NCBI GenBank assembly: GCA_004297985.1
Contig: SCRA01000044.1
Span: 78,262-142,261 of the forward strand
DNA from: a bacterium
GTDB lineage: Bacteria > Vulcanimicrobiota > Vulcanimicrobiia > Vulcanimicrobiales > SCRA01
DNA: 64,000 bases
Reading direction: 5' to 3'
Shown: positions 1 to 9,675 of the stretch, in pieces
Numbering within the stretch: the first letter of the stretch is position 1
Layout: the number at the start of each line of letters is the position of its first letter
The notes under the pieces: model-generated
Databases searched by the model: none
Told to the model about the DNA's origin: nothing
The model's input: the letters and a program-made list of their open reading frames with translations, nothing else
Translations under genes and position numbers: made by a program

Positions 1-152
1 CCACGGGCGACCACTACGACATTCGCGTCGTCTCGACATGCTTCGACGGCGTCGCGCTGATCGATCGCCACCGGATGGTCTACTCGGCGCTCGACGGCGC
101 GCTCAAGGACGGCCGCCTCCACGCGGCGCAACTCAAGACCGAGACGCCGTAG
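1..152 (+). CDS. bolA: BolA-family protein, C-terminal fragment (5' end outside window)
   Basis: Frame 3 reads TGDHYDIRVVSTCFDGVALIDRHRMVYSALDGALKDGRLHAAQLKTETP-stop. The F.G...RHR.VY and H....KT.TP patterns are the BolA signature. Absent from the ORF track because no start lies in the window. Followed by its classical partner, a monothiol glutaredoxin. Confidence 0.75.
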   Translation, partial: TGDHYDIRVVSTCFDGVALIDRHRMVYSALDGALKDGRLHAAQLKTETP

Positions 153-184
153 TTCTTCACCTCGAAAGGATACCATCCAGCACC

Positions 185-511
185 ATGGCTACGACCATCG
201 ACGACGAGATTCAACAGGAGATCTCCCAACACAAGATCCTGGTCTACGGCAAGGGCACGAAGTTCCAGCCGCTGTGCGGGTTCACCATGGAGACCATCGA
301 GTTCTTCCGGCAGTTCGGCTACCCGTTCGAAGTCATCAACGCGCTGGAGAATCCGCCCAAACGCGAGGCTCTCGCGCGCATGACCAACTGGCCGACGCTG
401 CCGAAGGTCTTCATCGACGGAAAGTTCTACGGCGACACCGACATCCTCGGACCGATGGCCGAGAGCGGCGAGCTCCAGAAACTGCTCGAGGAGACGTTCG
501 CCGCCACGTAG
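185..511 (+). CDS. grxD: Monothiol (Grx4-type) glutaredoxin
   Basis: MATTIDDEI...KILVYGKGTKFQPLCGFT...WPTLPKVFIDGKFYGDTDIL has the monothiol Grx layout, with CGFT in place of the canonical CGFS. Start moved to ATG 185 because the ORF-track start at 38 overlaps bolA in another frame. Confidence 0.85.
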   Translation: MATTIDDEIQQEISQHKILVYGKGTKFQPLCGFTMETIEFFRQFGYPFEVINALENPPKREALARMTNWPTLPKVFIDGKFYGDTDILGPMAESGELQKLLEETFAAT

Positions 512-513
512 TT

Positions 514-3180
514 TCATGATGGCGCCGGCCCGATCACGGCCCGCACGAACGCGGCGAGGTGCAGCCACTTTGCAGCGGCCGCACGAACCTGATCGGGCGT
601 GACGGCCAGTTCGCGGCGCGCCTCGATCACGTCTTCGTCGAGCGGCTGTCCCTCAGAGGCGTAACCCAGCAGTTTATCGGCTACGCCCTGGAAGCTGGCA
701 GCTTTCAGCGGCACGCCGCTCAAGAGTACCGACTTCGCCCGTTGCAGGCGCTCGTCACCCACCGGTGCGTCCTGGATACGCCGAACGGTCGCCAGCGCCA
801 GCTCCTGCGCTTTGACCACGCTCTTCGGCATTGTGCCGTAGGCGATCAGGAACTGCGAACGCGTCTTGCCCAGCGCCAATTCCGATCCGACGTAGTACAC
901 CAGGGACGAGGACACGCGCAGATTCTGATAGAGGTCCGAAGCGAAGCTCCCGCCGCCCAGGATCGTGTCCGCGAGGCGCAGCGCCGGAGCGTCCGCGTCA
1001 TCGCGCGTGAGCCCCAGCATCTCGACCAGATAGACCTCGTCCTGGATCCGCCCAGTCGCCGGGATATGCAGCTCCTTAGGCGCGTTCAGGGGTACGGGCG
1101 GGTTGTCGACGTCGGGTTTAGGGCCCTCGGCTTTCCAACCGCCGAACCACTTCTCCACTTCGGCCCTCGCCTGCTCAGGCGCCACATCGCCGACCACGAC
1201 GATCGTCGTCATGTCGGGGCGATAGGCGCTCCGATACCACGCGCGCACGTCATCGAGCGTGAGGTTCCGGACGCTCTGCGGCGTAGCGGAGCGCGTGCCG
1301 GGATCGCCGCGCGGCAACAGAGCACTGCGCAGCGCCAGCCCGGCAAGGTGGTTGGGCGCATGCTCCTGGGCCACGGCGCTCTGGTACGCCTGCTGCTTCA
1401 CCGTCGCGAAGTCCGCCGCATGGAACGCCGGGTGCAGCTCGTCGTCGGCGAGGAGCTGCATCCCGCGGTCGAAGTCCTTGGAAAGCACGCTCAGCGAGAA
1501 CGAGGTCCCCGTGTCGACGCTGGCGGCGATCGCATCGAGCTGGGCTTGGTACTGTAGGCGATCGTACGTCCTCGTTCCGTAGGGCAGGAGCGTCGCGGTC
1601 AAAGAGGCGATGCCGTCCCTGTGCGGAGCCTCTTGGAGGCCGGGGTTGGTCTTGATGAGGCCGCTCACCACCACGGTCGGCGTGATCGTCTCCGGCTGCA
1701 CGACGAGCGTGATGCCGTTGTCGAGTGTCATTTCGACCGGCGCCGGCAACGCCTCGGGTGGACGCATCTGCGAGAGCGCCGCGCTCGCCCAGTCGGGGAG
1801 CGGCTCCGGCTTGGCCGGCACGAGCGCGTTCCGCTCCTCTGCCTTGTGCGCCGGCGGCGCCCCCTCGTTCACGGCGCCGGCGTTTTTCGGCACGGCATAG
1901 GCGACGGTAGCCGTGGTGTCGTCGAGATAGATGCGCAGCACACGATCGACGTCCGCTTTGCTCACCCGCTCGATCGCGGCGACGTCGTCATCGGGCGAGG
2001 AGCGCCCCTCCACGGCGACAGCCTGACTCCACTGCTCGGCGAGGCCCTCGATCGAGTTGCGCTTGAATTGCGCCTGCGCCAGCTCCGCACGCTTGGCGGC
2101 GGCAACGAGGTCGGCGGGGATGCCGTGCGCGCGGTATCCGCCGAGCACGCCTTTCACCCAAGCGACCGCCTGTTGCGGTTTCACGCTCGCGGGAACCTGG
2201 ACTTCGGCGGCGCCGAGCGCCGCGTCGAGAAACGTCTGTTGACCGAAGTCGGCGGCAAAGGCCTTACCGGAGGCCACCAACGCGTAGAGCGCGCCGCGCT
2301 GGCTGTTGAGCACGTCGCCCAGAACGACCGACGCAGCGTAGTCGGGGCTTGCATAGCCCGGCATCCGGTAGTAGACCTGCGCCAGCGTGTAGGGCTGATC
2401 GCTGGTATCGGTCAGCACGGCCGGCGTCAGCTTTCGCAGATGCACGGCACGGCGTGCCGGCAGCGCAGCGGAGGGAATGGCTCCGAAGAGCTGCTCGATC
2501 TTGGCGAGGGTTTGCTGGGGATCGACGTCGCCGGTGACGATGAAGACGGCGTTGTTCGGATGGTACCACGCCGTATAGAACCCCCGCAGATCGGGTGCTT
2601 GGATGTGCTTGCCGAAGCTTTCGAGCGTACCCAGTCCCGGATCAGCGTAGGGCGTCCCTGCGAAGAGATGGGCCTGCGCCCTAACCTGAAGACGGTAGTC
2701 CGCGCTGCTGTTATCCTGCGTGACTTCCTGTTCGATGGCGCCCCGCTCTTCGTCCCACGCCTGCTGGCTGTCGAGCAAGCCGCTTGCGCGCGAGGCTTCG
2801 ATGTGAAGGGCGAGGTCGAGATCCCGCGAGGGAACGGTGTAGAAGTACTGCGTCACGCGGTCCTGCGTGTCGGCGTCGTACTGTCCGCCCATCAGCCCGC
2901 CGATCTCGGCCAATTGATTAGCGGAGAGGCTCTCGCTCCCGCGGAACATCATGTGCTCCTGCGCATGGGCCAAGCCGGTGATACTCTCGTCGTTCGAGCC
3001 GACCTCGTAGTTGAGCATCGTGGTGGCCACCGGGGCCAGCCGGTCTGGGACAACGATGACCCGCATCCCATTAGCGAGCGTCGCACGTAGGACGCCTTCC
3101 GCCTGCGCCGGGGCGGCACCGAGCACGCCGCACACCAGCACGACGGAGATGATCGCGAGCCGCATCCTCTTGGTTCTCAT
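514..3180 (-). CDS. Secreted two-unit M16 (pitrilysin/insulinase) family zinc peptidase
   Basis: HAQEH (inverted HxxEH zinc motif) in the N-terminal unit, followed by a second M16-like unit. Signal peptide MRTKRMRLAIISVVLVCGVLGAAPAQA. Start placed at ATG 3180; the longer ORF-track N-terminus is low-complexity and overlaps the hisC-like gene upstream region. Confidence 0.85.
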   Translation of the reverse strand: MRTKRMRLAIISVVLVCGVLGAAPAQAEGVLRATLANGMRVIVVPDRLAPVATTMLNYEVGSNDESITGLAHAQEHMMFRGSESLSANQLAEIGGLMGGQYDADTQDRVTQYFYTVPSRDLDLALHIEASRASGLLDSQQAWDEERGAIEQEVTQDNSSADYRLQVRAQAHLFAGTPYADPGLGTLESFGKHIQAPDLRGFYTAWYHPNNAVFIVTGDVDPQQTLAKIEQLFGAIPSAALPARRAVHLRKLTPAVLTDTSDQPYTLAQVYYRMPGYASPDYAASVVLGDVLNSQRGALYALVASGKAFAADFGQQTFLDAALGAAEVQVPASVKPQQAVAWVKGVLGGYRAHGIPADLVAAAKRAELAQAQFKRNSIEGLAEQWSQAVAVEGRSSPDDDVAAIERVSKADVDRVLRIYLDDTTATVAYAVPKNAGAVNEGAPPAHKAEERNALVPAKPEPLPDWASAALSQMRPPEALPAPVEMTLDNGITLVVQPETITPTVVVSGLIKTNPGLQEAPHRDGIASLTATLLPYGTRTYDRLQYQAQLDAIAASVDTGTSFSLSVLSKDFDRGMQLLADDELHPAFHAADFATVKQQAYQSAVAQEHAPNHLAGLALRSALLPRGDPGTRSATPQSVRNLTLDDVRAWYRSAYRPDMTTIVVVGDVAPEQARAEVEKWFGGWKAEGPKPDVDNPPVPLNAPKELHIPATGRIQDEVYLVEMLGLTRDDADAPALRLADTILGGGSFASDLYQNLRVSSSLVYYVGSELALGKTRSQFLIAYGTMPKSVVKAQELALATVRRIQDAPVGDERLQRAKSVLLSGVPLKAASFQGVADKLLGYASEGQPLDEDVIEARRELAVTPDQVRAAAAKWLHLAAFVRAVIGPAPS

Positions 3181-3315
3181 CACGATTCCTCTCTCCATCG
3201 CGCGGCTACTTCGCACGAACGGCGCTCGTGCCTCTCTCATGCTCGTGCACACTACTTGCGGCGAGTGCTCCGAGCAAGAGGTAGTGGCGGCCCCGCGACT
3301 CGAAGCGCTGGCAGC

Positions 3316-4404
3316 ATGCCCGACGCGCGCCGTTTCACCAGCTTGGTCTCCGCACTCCCCGCCAGCGTCCCCTTCGTCGCCCCCGAGGCGCTCGAGCGCC
3401 GCCGCGGAGAGCGGCTCGAATTGCGGCTGGGCGCCAATGAGAGCACGTTCGGGCCCTCGCCGAGAGCGCTCGCGGCGATGCGCACCGAGCTCGAACGCGC
3501 AAGCTGGTATGGCGACCCGGAGAGCTTCGAGCTGCGAAGCGCGCTCTCGCTGCACCTCGGCGTTCCCATGGAGCACATGGTGATCGGCTCCGGGATCGAC
3601 GATCTCCTAGGACTCGTCGTGCGAACGTTCCTCGAGCCGGGAAGCTGTGCGGTGACCTCGCAGGGCGCCTACCCCACCTTCAACTACCACGTGGCAGGTT
3701 ACGGCGGACACCTCGAGACGGTACCCTATCGCGACGATCGCAACGACGTCGAGGCACTGCTCGATGCCGCACGGCGCCACGACGCGCGCCTGATCTACCT
3801 CGCCAACCCGGACAATCCCACGGGAAGCTGGCACGACCCCGCCGCGATCTCCGCGCTGCTCGACGCGCTGCCCGAGCAGGCTCTGTTGCTGCTCGACGAG
3901 GCGTACGTCGAGTTTGCCCCCACGCCGCTCCCTTTCGATCCCGAGGATCCGAGGCTCGTTCGCCTGCGCACCTTCTCCAAAGCCTACGGGATGGCTGGGG
4001 CGCGCATCGGCTACGCCGTCGCTACGCAGCGGACGATCGCCGCCTTCGACAAGGTGCGTCTCCACTTCGGTGTCAATCGCGTGGCCCAAGCTGGCGCTCT
4101 CTCGGCGCTCGCGGACCGCGCATTTCTCGAGGGCGTGCTCGAGGAGGTCACCTGGGGACGCGAGGAGTACGCGCGGCTCGCAGCGTCACTTGGACTGACC
4201 ACCCTTGCATCGGCAACCAACTTCGTCGCCTTCGATCTCGGCACACCCGAGCGGGCGCGCTCCGTGGCCGATGGGCTGCTGGCACGCCGCGTCTTCGTAC
4301 GTACGTCCGGCGGCGCCTCACTCAATCGCCTGGTGCGCGTTACGGTGGGCACTCCTGCGGAGCGCCGCCGCTTCGGCCATGCATTCCAGAGCGTCCTGAG
4401 CTAG
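3316..4404 (+). CDS. hisC: Histidinol-phosphate aminotransferase family (class II PLP aminotransferase)
   Basis: LGANESTFGPSP, YLANPDNPTG and LRTFSKAYGMAGARIGY (PLP-lysine SK motif) are typical of HisC-like enzymes. Start at ATG 3316. Substrate specificity cannot be proven from sequence. Confidence 0.75.
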   Translation: MPDARRFTSLVSALPASVPFVAPEALERRRGERLELRLGANESTFGPSPRALAAMRTELERASWYGDPESFELRSALSLHLGVPMEHMVIGSGIDDLLGLVVRTFLEPGSCAVTSQGAYPTFNYHVAGYGGHLETVPYRDDRNDVEALLDAARRHDARLIYLANPDNPTGSWHDPAAISALLDALPEQALLLLDEAYVEFAPTPLPFDPEDPRLVRLRTFSKAYGMAGARIGYAVATQRTIAAFDKVRLHFGVNRVAQAGALSALADRAFLEGVLEEVTWGREEYARLAASLGLTTLASATNFVAFDLGTPERARSVADGLLARRVFVRTSGGASLNRLVRVTVGTPAERRRFGHAFQSVLS

Positions 4405-4706
4405 ACTTCAAGGAACAGATCGTCGCCTTCACGGACGACGCGATAGATAGCCACGGGAATCACGGCCGGCAATGCCTTGACCTCACCGGTGCGCACGTCG
4501 AAGCGCGCCCCGTGGCGAGGGCACTCGATCTCGCACCCGTCGAGTTCGCCCTGGTCGAGGTTACCGCCGTCGTGCGTGCAGACATCATTGATCGCATAGA
4601 CGGTGCCGCCGACATTGCAGAGCAGGATATCTTCGTCCTCGAAGGCGACCTGCTTGGTCGTCCCAGGAGCGATGTCGGTGATGTTCGCAACGAGCGTCTT
4701 GGTCAT
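4401..4706 (-). CDS. Rieske [2Fe-2S] domain protein
   Basis: CTHDGGNL...CPRHGARF is the CxH...CxxH Rieske box, in a 101-aa product. Lies downstream of sufB, as in actinobacterial-type suf operons. Its stop overlaps the hisC-like stop in a CTAG palindrome. Confidence 0.8.
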   Translation of the reverse strand: MTKTLVANITDIAPGTTKQVAFEDEDILLCNVGGTVYAINDVCTHDGGNLDQGELDGCEIECPRHGARFDVRTGEVKALPAVIPVAIYRVVREGDDLFLEV

Positions 4707-4815
4707 GGTTCCTTCTATAGTCTCGGGTTACGGGCGGGCATAACGAGATTCCGGGAAGACGTACGCTTCGAGGGCGCAACGCCTTCCCCAAATCGCGAAC
4801 GGTGAGGGAGACGGC

Positions 4816-6240
4816 CTATCCGACCGCGCCCTCCATCTCCATCTTCACCAGGCGGTTGAGCTCGACGGCGTACTCCATCGGCAGCTCCTTCACGAAGAAG
4901 TCGAAGAAGCCGTTGACGATCATGCCGACCGCCTCGTCCTCCGAGAGGCCACGCGACATCGCGTAGAATATCTGCTCCTCGCCGACCTTCGAGACCGAGG
5001 CCTCGTGCTCGACGGTGCAGTGCTGCTCGTTGATTTTCATGACGGGCAACGTGTCGCTCGCCGAGATATCGTCCATGATCAGCGCGTCGCACTTGACACG
5101 CGTCTTGGCGCCGACGGCCCCCGGCATGACTTCGACGAGACCGCGATAGGTCGTCTTCCCGCCGTGAGCCGAGACGGACTTGTTGGTGATGATCGACGTC
5201 GTGTTCGGCGCCGCGTGGATGACCTTAGCGCCGGCATCCTGATGCTGACCTTCACCGCCGAAGGCCATCGAGAGGATCTCGCCGCGCGCGCCCTCGCCCA
5301 TCAGGTAGATGGCGGGGTACTTCATCGTCAGGCGGGAGCCGATGTTCCCGTCAACCCACTGGACGGTCGCGTTCTTATACGCCTTGGCGCGCTTGGTGAC
5401 CAGGTTGAAGATATTGCGGTACCAGTTCTGAATCGTCGTGTAGCGGATGGAACTGCCGTCCATGGCGATCAGCTCCACCACTGCCGAGTGCAGCGAGCTG
5501 GCGGAGAATTTCGGCGCCGTGCAGCCCTCGATGTAGTGCATCGAGGCGTTCTCTTCGGTGATCAGCAGCGTGCGCTCGAACTGTCCCATGTTCGAAGAGT
5601 TGATACGGAAGTACGCCTGCAACGGGGTATCGACTTTGACGCCCTTCGGAATCCAGGCGAAGGATCCCCCGGACCAGACGGCCGAGTTGAGCGCCGCGAA
5701 CTTATTGTCACCGGGCGGGATGACCGTTCCGAAGTACTTCTTCACGATCTCCGGATGCTCGCGCACCGCGGTATCCATGTCGCAGAAGATCACACCAAGC
5801 TTGTCGAGATCCTTGCGGATATTGTGGTAGACCACCTCGGAGTCGTACTGCGCCGAGACGCCGCCGAGGAACTGGCGTTCGGCCTCCGGGATGCCCAGTT
5901 TGTCGAACGTCTTCCTGACGTCGTCGGGTACCTTGCTCCAGTCCTGCTGCTGCACGGCATCCGTCGCGCGCACATAGTACTGGATTTCGTCGAAGTCGAT
6001 GTCATGGAGCGCCTTCTGATCGCCCCACCACGGAATCGGCTTGCTCACGAAGATCTCGTAGGCTTTCAGCCGGAAATCGGTCATCCAGCCCGGCTCGTTC
6101 TTCATCTCCGAGATCTGGGCGACGATCTCTCGCGTCAGCCCTTTGCCGGTGCTGAACGCCGGCTTCGCTTCGTCGTGGAAGCCGTACTTGTAGTCTTCGA
6201 AGAGTTCGGTTGAATCGCTCTTGATCAGCTCGGTGGTCAT
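4816..6240 (-). CDS. sufB: Fe-S cluster assembly scaffold protein SufB
   Basis: Full-length SufB-like sequence of 474 aa: YKYGFHDEAKPAFSTGKGLTREIV, GARGEILSMAFGGEGQHQDAGAKVIH, FVKELPMEYAVELNRLVKMEMEGAVG. Confidence 0.95.
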   Translation of the reverse strand: MTTELIKSDSTELFEDYKYGFHDEAKPAFSTGKGLTREIVAQISEMKNEPGWMTDFRLKAYEIFVSKPIPWWGDQKALHDIDFDEIQYYVRATDAVQQQDWSKVPDDVRKTFDKLGIPEAERQFLGGVSAQYDSEVVYHNIRKDLDKLGVIFCDMDTAVREHPEIVKKYFGTVIPPGDNKFAALNSAVWSGGSFAWIPKGVKVDTPLQAYFRINSSNMGQFERTLLITEENASMHYIEGCTAPKFSASSLHSAVVELIAMDGSSIRYTTIQNWYRNIFNLVTKRAKAYKNATVQWVDGNIGSRLTMKYPAIYLMGEGARGEILSMAFGGEGQHQDAGAKVIHAAPNTTSIITNKSVSAHGGKTTYRGLVEVMPGAVGAKTRVKCDALIMDDISASDTLPVMKINEQHCTVEHEASVSKVGEEQIFYAMSRGLSEDEAVGMIVNGFFDFFVKELPMEYAVELNRLVKMEMEGAVG

Positions 6241-6482
6241 CTTGCGCCTTTACCCCCGGGCTTGCTCGGGGAGAATGTGAAGCAACTTCTTTACTTTCTC
6301 AAATCACCCTTCCGGCGTCAAGGGTCCGAATTGGCTCATGTCGCCGCCAAGTAGAGATGTCCCCCAAGGGCGCCAATGGACAGCCCATGGAGACGCTCAA
6401 CACGACGGTCGACTCGGAACTGCGCCGCCTAGCTGAGGCCGCCCGCCAGCTTGGCCTCTCCGTCCGGCGATTCAAGCCTATG

Positions 6483-6926
6483 TCACGCTCTGGTCTGGTT
6501 TGTGCCGTTCCGAATGTTGGCGATGGTGGCTTGCATGAGGGCGACCACCTTGTAGGAAGATTCACTGCCGGCAAACGCCCGGACTTCGCCAGTGCAGACG
6601 GTGAGCAGTTTTCCCGCGTTCTGCACCTTTCCCACAGCCAGGAAATGTTCGCCCAATGCCGGCCGCAGGAGATTGATCTTGAACTCCGCGGTAACGACTT
6701 CGTAGTCCGGCGGTGCCTTTGTCAACGCTGCATAGCCGCAGGCGCTATCGACAATGCTGGTAATGGCGCCGGCATGCACATAGCCATGCTGCTGGGATAC
6801 ATGTTTGGAAAAGGGCAGCGCGATATGCACCTCGCCGTCTGCCACCAGGGCCAGCGTGGCGCCGAGAGTTTCCATCAGGCCCTGCACGCCAAAGCTGGCA
6901 GCGATTCGTTGTTGGATGTCGCTCAT
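6483..6926 (-). CDS. PaaI/hotdog-fold acyl-CoA thioesterase family protein
   Basis: MSDIQQRIAASFGVQGLMETLGA...HGYVHAGAITSIVDSACGYA...GKLLTVCTGEV is the hotdog thioesterase pattern. Start moved to ATG 6926. The local region is visibly less GC-rich than its surroundings. Confidence 0.8.
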   Translation of the reverse strand: MSDIQQRIAASFGVQGLMETLGATLALVADGEVHIALPFSKHVSQQHGYVHAGAITSIVDSACGYAALTKAPPDYEVVTAEFKINLLRPALGEHFLAVGKVQNAGKLLTVCTGEVRAFAGSESSYKVVALMQATIANIRNGTNQTRA

Positions 6927-7107
6927 GGGTTGCTCCGGTCCGTCGGAGATTTTCCATCGAGTTGGCCGTGAGAAGTGATGCCGCCTTTCGATTGCACGAA
7001 AGCGTGGATGCGCCGCTGTTGTTCCGGGGCGGTTTGCGCCGCGCACCCGACAGGTCAGATTCTCAGATGAGCCACTACGGGGTTTACAAAGATACATTAG
7101 TTACCGT

Positions 7108-7920
7108 ATGATAGCGCTCATGTATCTCGATGGACGCATCCCGACGATAGAGCTGTCGGGGGTCGAGAAGCGCTTTGCCACGCCTTCCGGTGATGTGGAG
7201 GCCCTGCGCGGGGTCGATCTCCGCATCGACTCCGGCGAGATCTTCGGCATCATCGGCAAGAGCGGCGCGGGAAAGAGCACTCTTGCCCGCTGCATCAACC
7301 TGCTCGAGCGGCCGACTGCCGGCCGCGTGACCGTGGCTGGCCGCGACCTGACCGCCCTTGGCCCCAGCGCGCTGCGCGAAGCCAGGCGCGAGATCGGCAT
7401 GGTCTTCCAGCATTTCAATCTACTCTCGTCGCGCACGGCCTCGCGCAACGTGGCATTGCCGCTGGAGCTGGCCGGTTGGCGACCTGCGCAGATCGCCGCC
7501 CGCGTCTCGGAGATCCTGGCATTCGTGGACCTTCTCGGGCAACGCGACCGTTACCCGGCCCAGTTGAGCGGCGGACAGAAACAGCGCGTGGGGATCGCTC
7601 GGGCCCTGGCCAGCCACCCCAGCGTACTGCTCTGCGACGAGGCTACCTCGGCGCTCGACCCGCAGACGACCGCCTCGATCCTCGCTTTGCTCAAGCGCAT
7701 CAACCGCGAATTCGGACTGACGATTCTGGTCATCACGCACGAGATGGGTGTGGTCTCCTCACTCTGCGACCGCATCGCCGTCATCGAGGACGGCCTCGTC
7801 GTGGAGCAGGGCCCCGTTGCCGAGCTCTTCGCGCGGCCACAATCGGCGACCACCCGCGACTTCGTGACCGCGCTGGAAGGGATGGGAGATGTCACACGAA
7901 CTCTTCGCGTTGCTCGCTGA
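7108..7920 (+). CDS. metN: Methionine ABC transporter ATP-binding protein (short form without C-terminal NIL domain)
   Basis: Walker [18 protein letters not shown], signature [15 protein letters not shown] and Walker [12 protein letters not shown]. Followed by metI and metQ. An alternative start at ATG 7120 is possible. Confidence 0.9.
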   Translation: MIALMYLDGRIPTIELSGVEKRFATPSGDVEALRGVDLRIDSGEIFGIIGKSGAGKSTLARCINLLERPTAGRVTVAGRDLTALGPSALREARREIGMVFQHFNLLSSRTASRNVALPLELAGWRPAQIAARVSEILAFVDLLGQRDRYPAQLSGGQKQRVGIARALASHPSVLLCDEATSALDPQTTASILALLKRINREFGLTILVITHEMGVVSSLCDRIAVIEDGLVVEQGPVAELFARPQSATTRDFVTALEGMGDVTRTLRVAR

Positions 7921-8542
7921 GTCCTTCGAGCAGACGCTGGTCATGGTCGGCGTGGCGTTGGCCATCTCTACCGCGGCTGGAATACCGCTGGGCGTGATCC
8001 TGCATGCCACAGCACCCCGCCAACTTCTCCCCAACGCGGCCATCTACCGCATCCTAGGCACGGTCGTCAACGCCACGCGCTCGACGCCGTTCATCATCCT
8101 CATGGTGGCGCTCATCCCGCTGACGCGCGTCATCGTCGGCACCTCCATCGGTACACCAGCGGCGATCGTTCCACTGACCATCGCCGCGACGCCGTTCATC
8201 GCGCGTATCGTCGAAGCGGCGTTGCGCGACGTGGATCAGGGTCTCGTGGAGGCGGCGCAGGCGATGGGGGCGACGCCTCTCCAGATCGTCGCCAAAGTTC
8301 TCCTTCCCGAGGCTCTCCCAGCCGTCGTGGCGGGGCTGACGCTGGCGGCCGTCGCCATGATCGGTTACTCGGCGATGGCCGGCGCCGTCGGCGGTGGCGG
8401 TCTAGGCGATCTCGCCATTCGCTACGGCTACGAGCGCTTCCGCGTCGACGTCATGGCTGCCACCGTGGCCATCCTCATCGCGCTCGTTCAATTCGTGCAG
8501 TCCGGCGGCGACATCTTGGTGCGCCGCATCAGACACGCGTAA
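7889..8542 (+). CDS. metI: Methionine ABC transporter permease
   Basis: 217-aa polytopic protein with MetI-like segments: [51 protein letters not shown]. Overlaps the metN 3' end by 32 nt. Confidence 0.9.
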   Translation: MSHELFALLAESFEQTLVMVGVALAISTAAGIPLGVILHATAPRQLLPNAAIYRILGTVVNATRSTPFIILMVALIPLTRVIVGTSIGTPAAIVPLTIAATPFIARIVEAALRDVDQGLVEAAQAMGATPLQIVAKVLLPEALPAVVAGLTLAAVAMIGYSAMAGAVGGGGLGDLAIRYGYERFRVDVMAATVAILIALVQFVQSGGDILVRRIRHA

Positions 8543-8573
8543 CCACTCATCACGTAAAGGAGTCATCCAAGCC

Positions 8574-9392
8574 ATGCCACGTCTCACTCGCCGGCGCGTG
8601 ATCGCCGTCCTCGCGGTCTCCGCAGCCGCGCTCGCCTTCTCCCCGGCGGCGCACCCGTCGGCCGCGGCCGAGCCACAACATCTGAAGATCGGCGTTACCG
8701 CAGGGCCGCACGCCGAAGTCATGGACGTCGTCAAGCGTGTGGCCGCGCGCCAAGGCCTCGATATCCAGATCATCGAGTTCACCGACTACATTCAGCCCAA
8801 CGCGGCGCTGGACGGCGGCGACCTCGACGCCAACAGCTTCCAGCATCAGCCGTATCTCGACGGCCAAGTCAAGGACCGCCACTACCAGATCGTCTCGATC
8901 GCCAAGACGCTGGACTTCCCAATGGGCATCTACTCGCGTAAGATCAAGCACCTGGCCGACGTCAAGCCGGGGGCGCGCTTCGGCCTCCCCAACGATCCCA
9001 CAAACGAGGGGCGCGCGCTTCTGCTGCTGCAGCATGCCGGGCTCATCAAGCTGGCGCCCGCCGTGGGACTCAAGGCGATGCCGGCAGACGTCGTCGCCAA
9101 TCCCAAGCACGTGCAGTTCGTGGAGCTCGACGCCGCACAGCTTCCGCGTGCGCTCGACGACCTCGACTTCGCGGCCATCAACACGAACTACGCGCTGACG
9201 GCGGGCATGGTCCCCACGCGTGATTCTCTGAGCATCGAAAGCGTCGACTCACCGTACGTGAACGTGATCGCCGTGCGAACGAAGGAGCGCAACGATCCGC
9301 GCTTCGCGGAGCTCGTGAAGGCCTATCACTCACCCGAGGTCAAGGCCTTTGTGCTCTCGCACTACAAGGGCTACGTGATCCCCGCGTGGTAG
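8574..9392 (+). CDS. metQ: Methionine-binding lipoprotein (NlpA/MetQ family)
   Basis: N-terminal RRR-containing signal region, then KIGVTAGPHAEVM, ANSFQHQPYL, PNDPTNEGRALLLL and AAINTNYAL, which are MetQ-type motifs. Third gene of the metNIQ operon. Confidence 0.9.
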   Translation: MPRLTRRRVIAVLAVSAAALAFSPAAHPSAAAEPQHLKIGVTAGPHAEVMDVVKRVAARQGLDIQIIEFTDYIQPNAALDGGDLDANSFQHQPYLDGQVKDRHYQIVSIAKTLDFPMGIYSRKIKHLADVKPGARFGLPNDPTNEGRALLLLQHAGLIKLAPAVGLKAMPADVVANPKHVQFVELDAAQLPRALDDLDFAAINTNYALTAGMVPTRDSLSIESVDSPYVNVIAVRTKERNDPRFAELVKAYHSPEVKAFVLSHYKGYVIPAW

Positions 9393-9417
9393 GCGCGCCC
9401 TCCGCGTACGCCGGACG

Positions 9418-9675
9418 CTAGAAGCAGCCGAAGCTCAACAGCTTGGAGGCTAGGAACTGCACCCCGATCAACACGACGAGGAACGCAAGATCCAGGCCTC
9501 CCAGCGGCGGGACGATCCGCCGCACCGGCACCAGCACCGGCTCGATGATCGAGCCAAGCATGTCGCTCCAACGGCCGCGCAACTGCGGAACCCAGGAAAC
9601 CAACGCGTAGACCAACATGGCGTAGAAGTAGAGCTGCAGGAGCTTGCCGACCAGCGGCCAGAGGCAGAAATTCAC
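9418..9675 (-). CDS. yggT: YggT family membrane protein
   Basis: 85-aa, two-TM protein with YAMLVYALVSWVP...IIEPVLVPVRRIVPPLGGLDLAFLV, the YggT pattern. GTG start overlaps the upstream gene's stop (GTGA). Confidence 0.8.
   Translation of the reverse strand: MNFCLWPLVGKLLQLYFYAMLVYALVSWVPQLRGRWSDMLGSIIEPVLVPVRRIVPPLGGLDLAFLVVLIGVQFLASKLLSFGCF

Noticed and set aside
6357-6971. Plus-strand 204-aa ORF whose first 40 residues or so (METLNTTVDSELRRLAEAARQLGLSVRRF) look faintly like a helix-turn-helix. It is divergent from sufB, where a SufR-type regulator might be expected.
   Set aside because: Beyond the first 40 codons the ORF is antisense to the well-supported PaaI thioesterase gene. The HTH resemblance is weak and short. 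It cannot be supported without a database hit.
6927-7107. Possible SAM riboswitch upstream of metNIQ. The leader ends in ...TCTCAGATGAGCC, resembling the 3' P1 strand (AGAUGAGCC) of SAM-I, and GCTCAT at 6921-6926 could pair with it.
   Set aside because: The core SAM-I/SAM-IV signatures (GAGGGA, GGCCC...UGA, GGCAACC, GGUGC.AA) are absent. The putative 5' P1 strand lies inside the thioesterase start codon region. The GAUUGCAC...AAAGCG resemblance to SAM-II/V is explained by a simple CACG-AAAG-CGTG hairpin. An Rfam scan would settle it.
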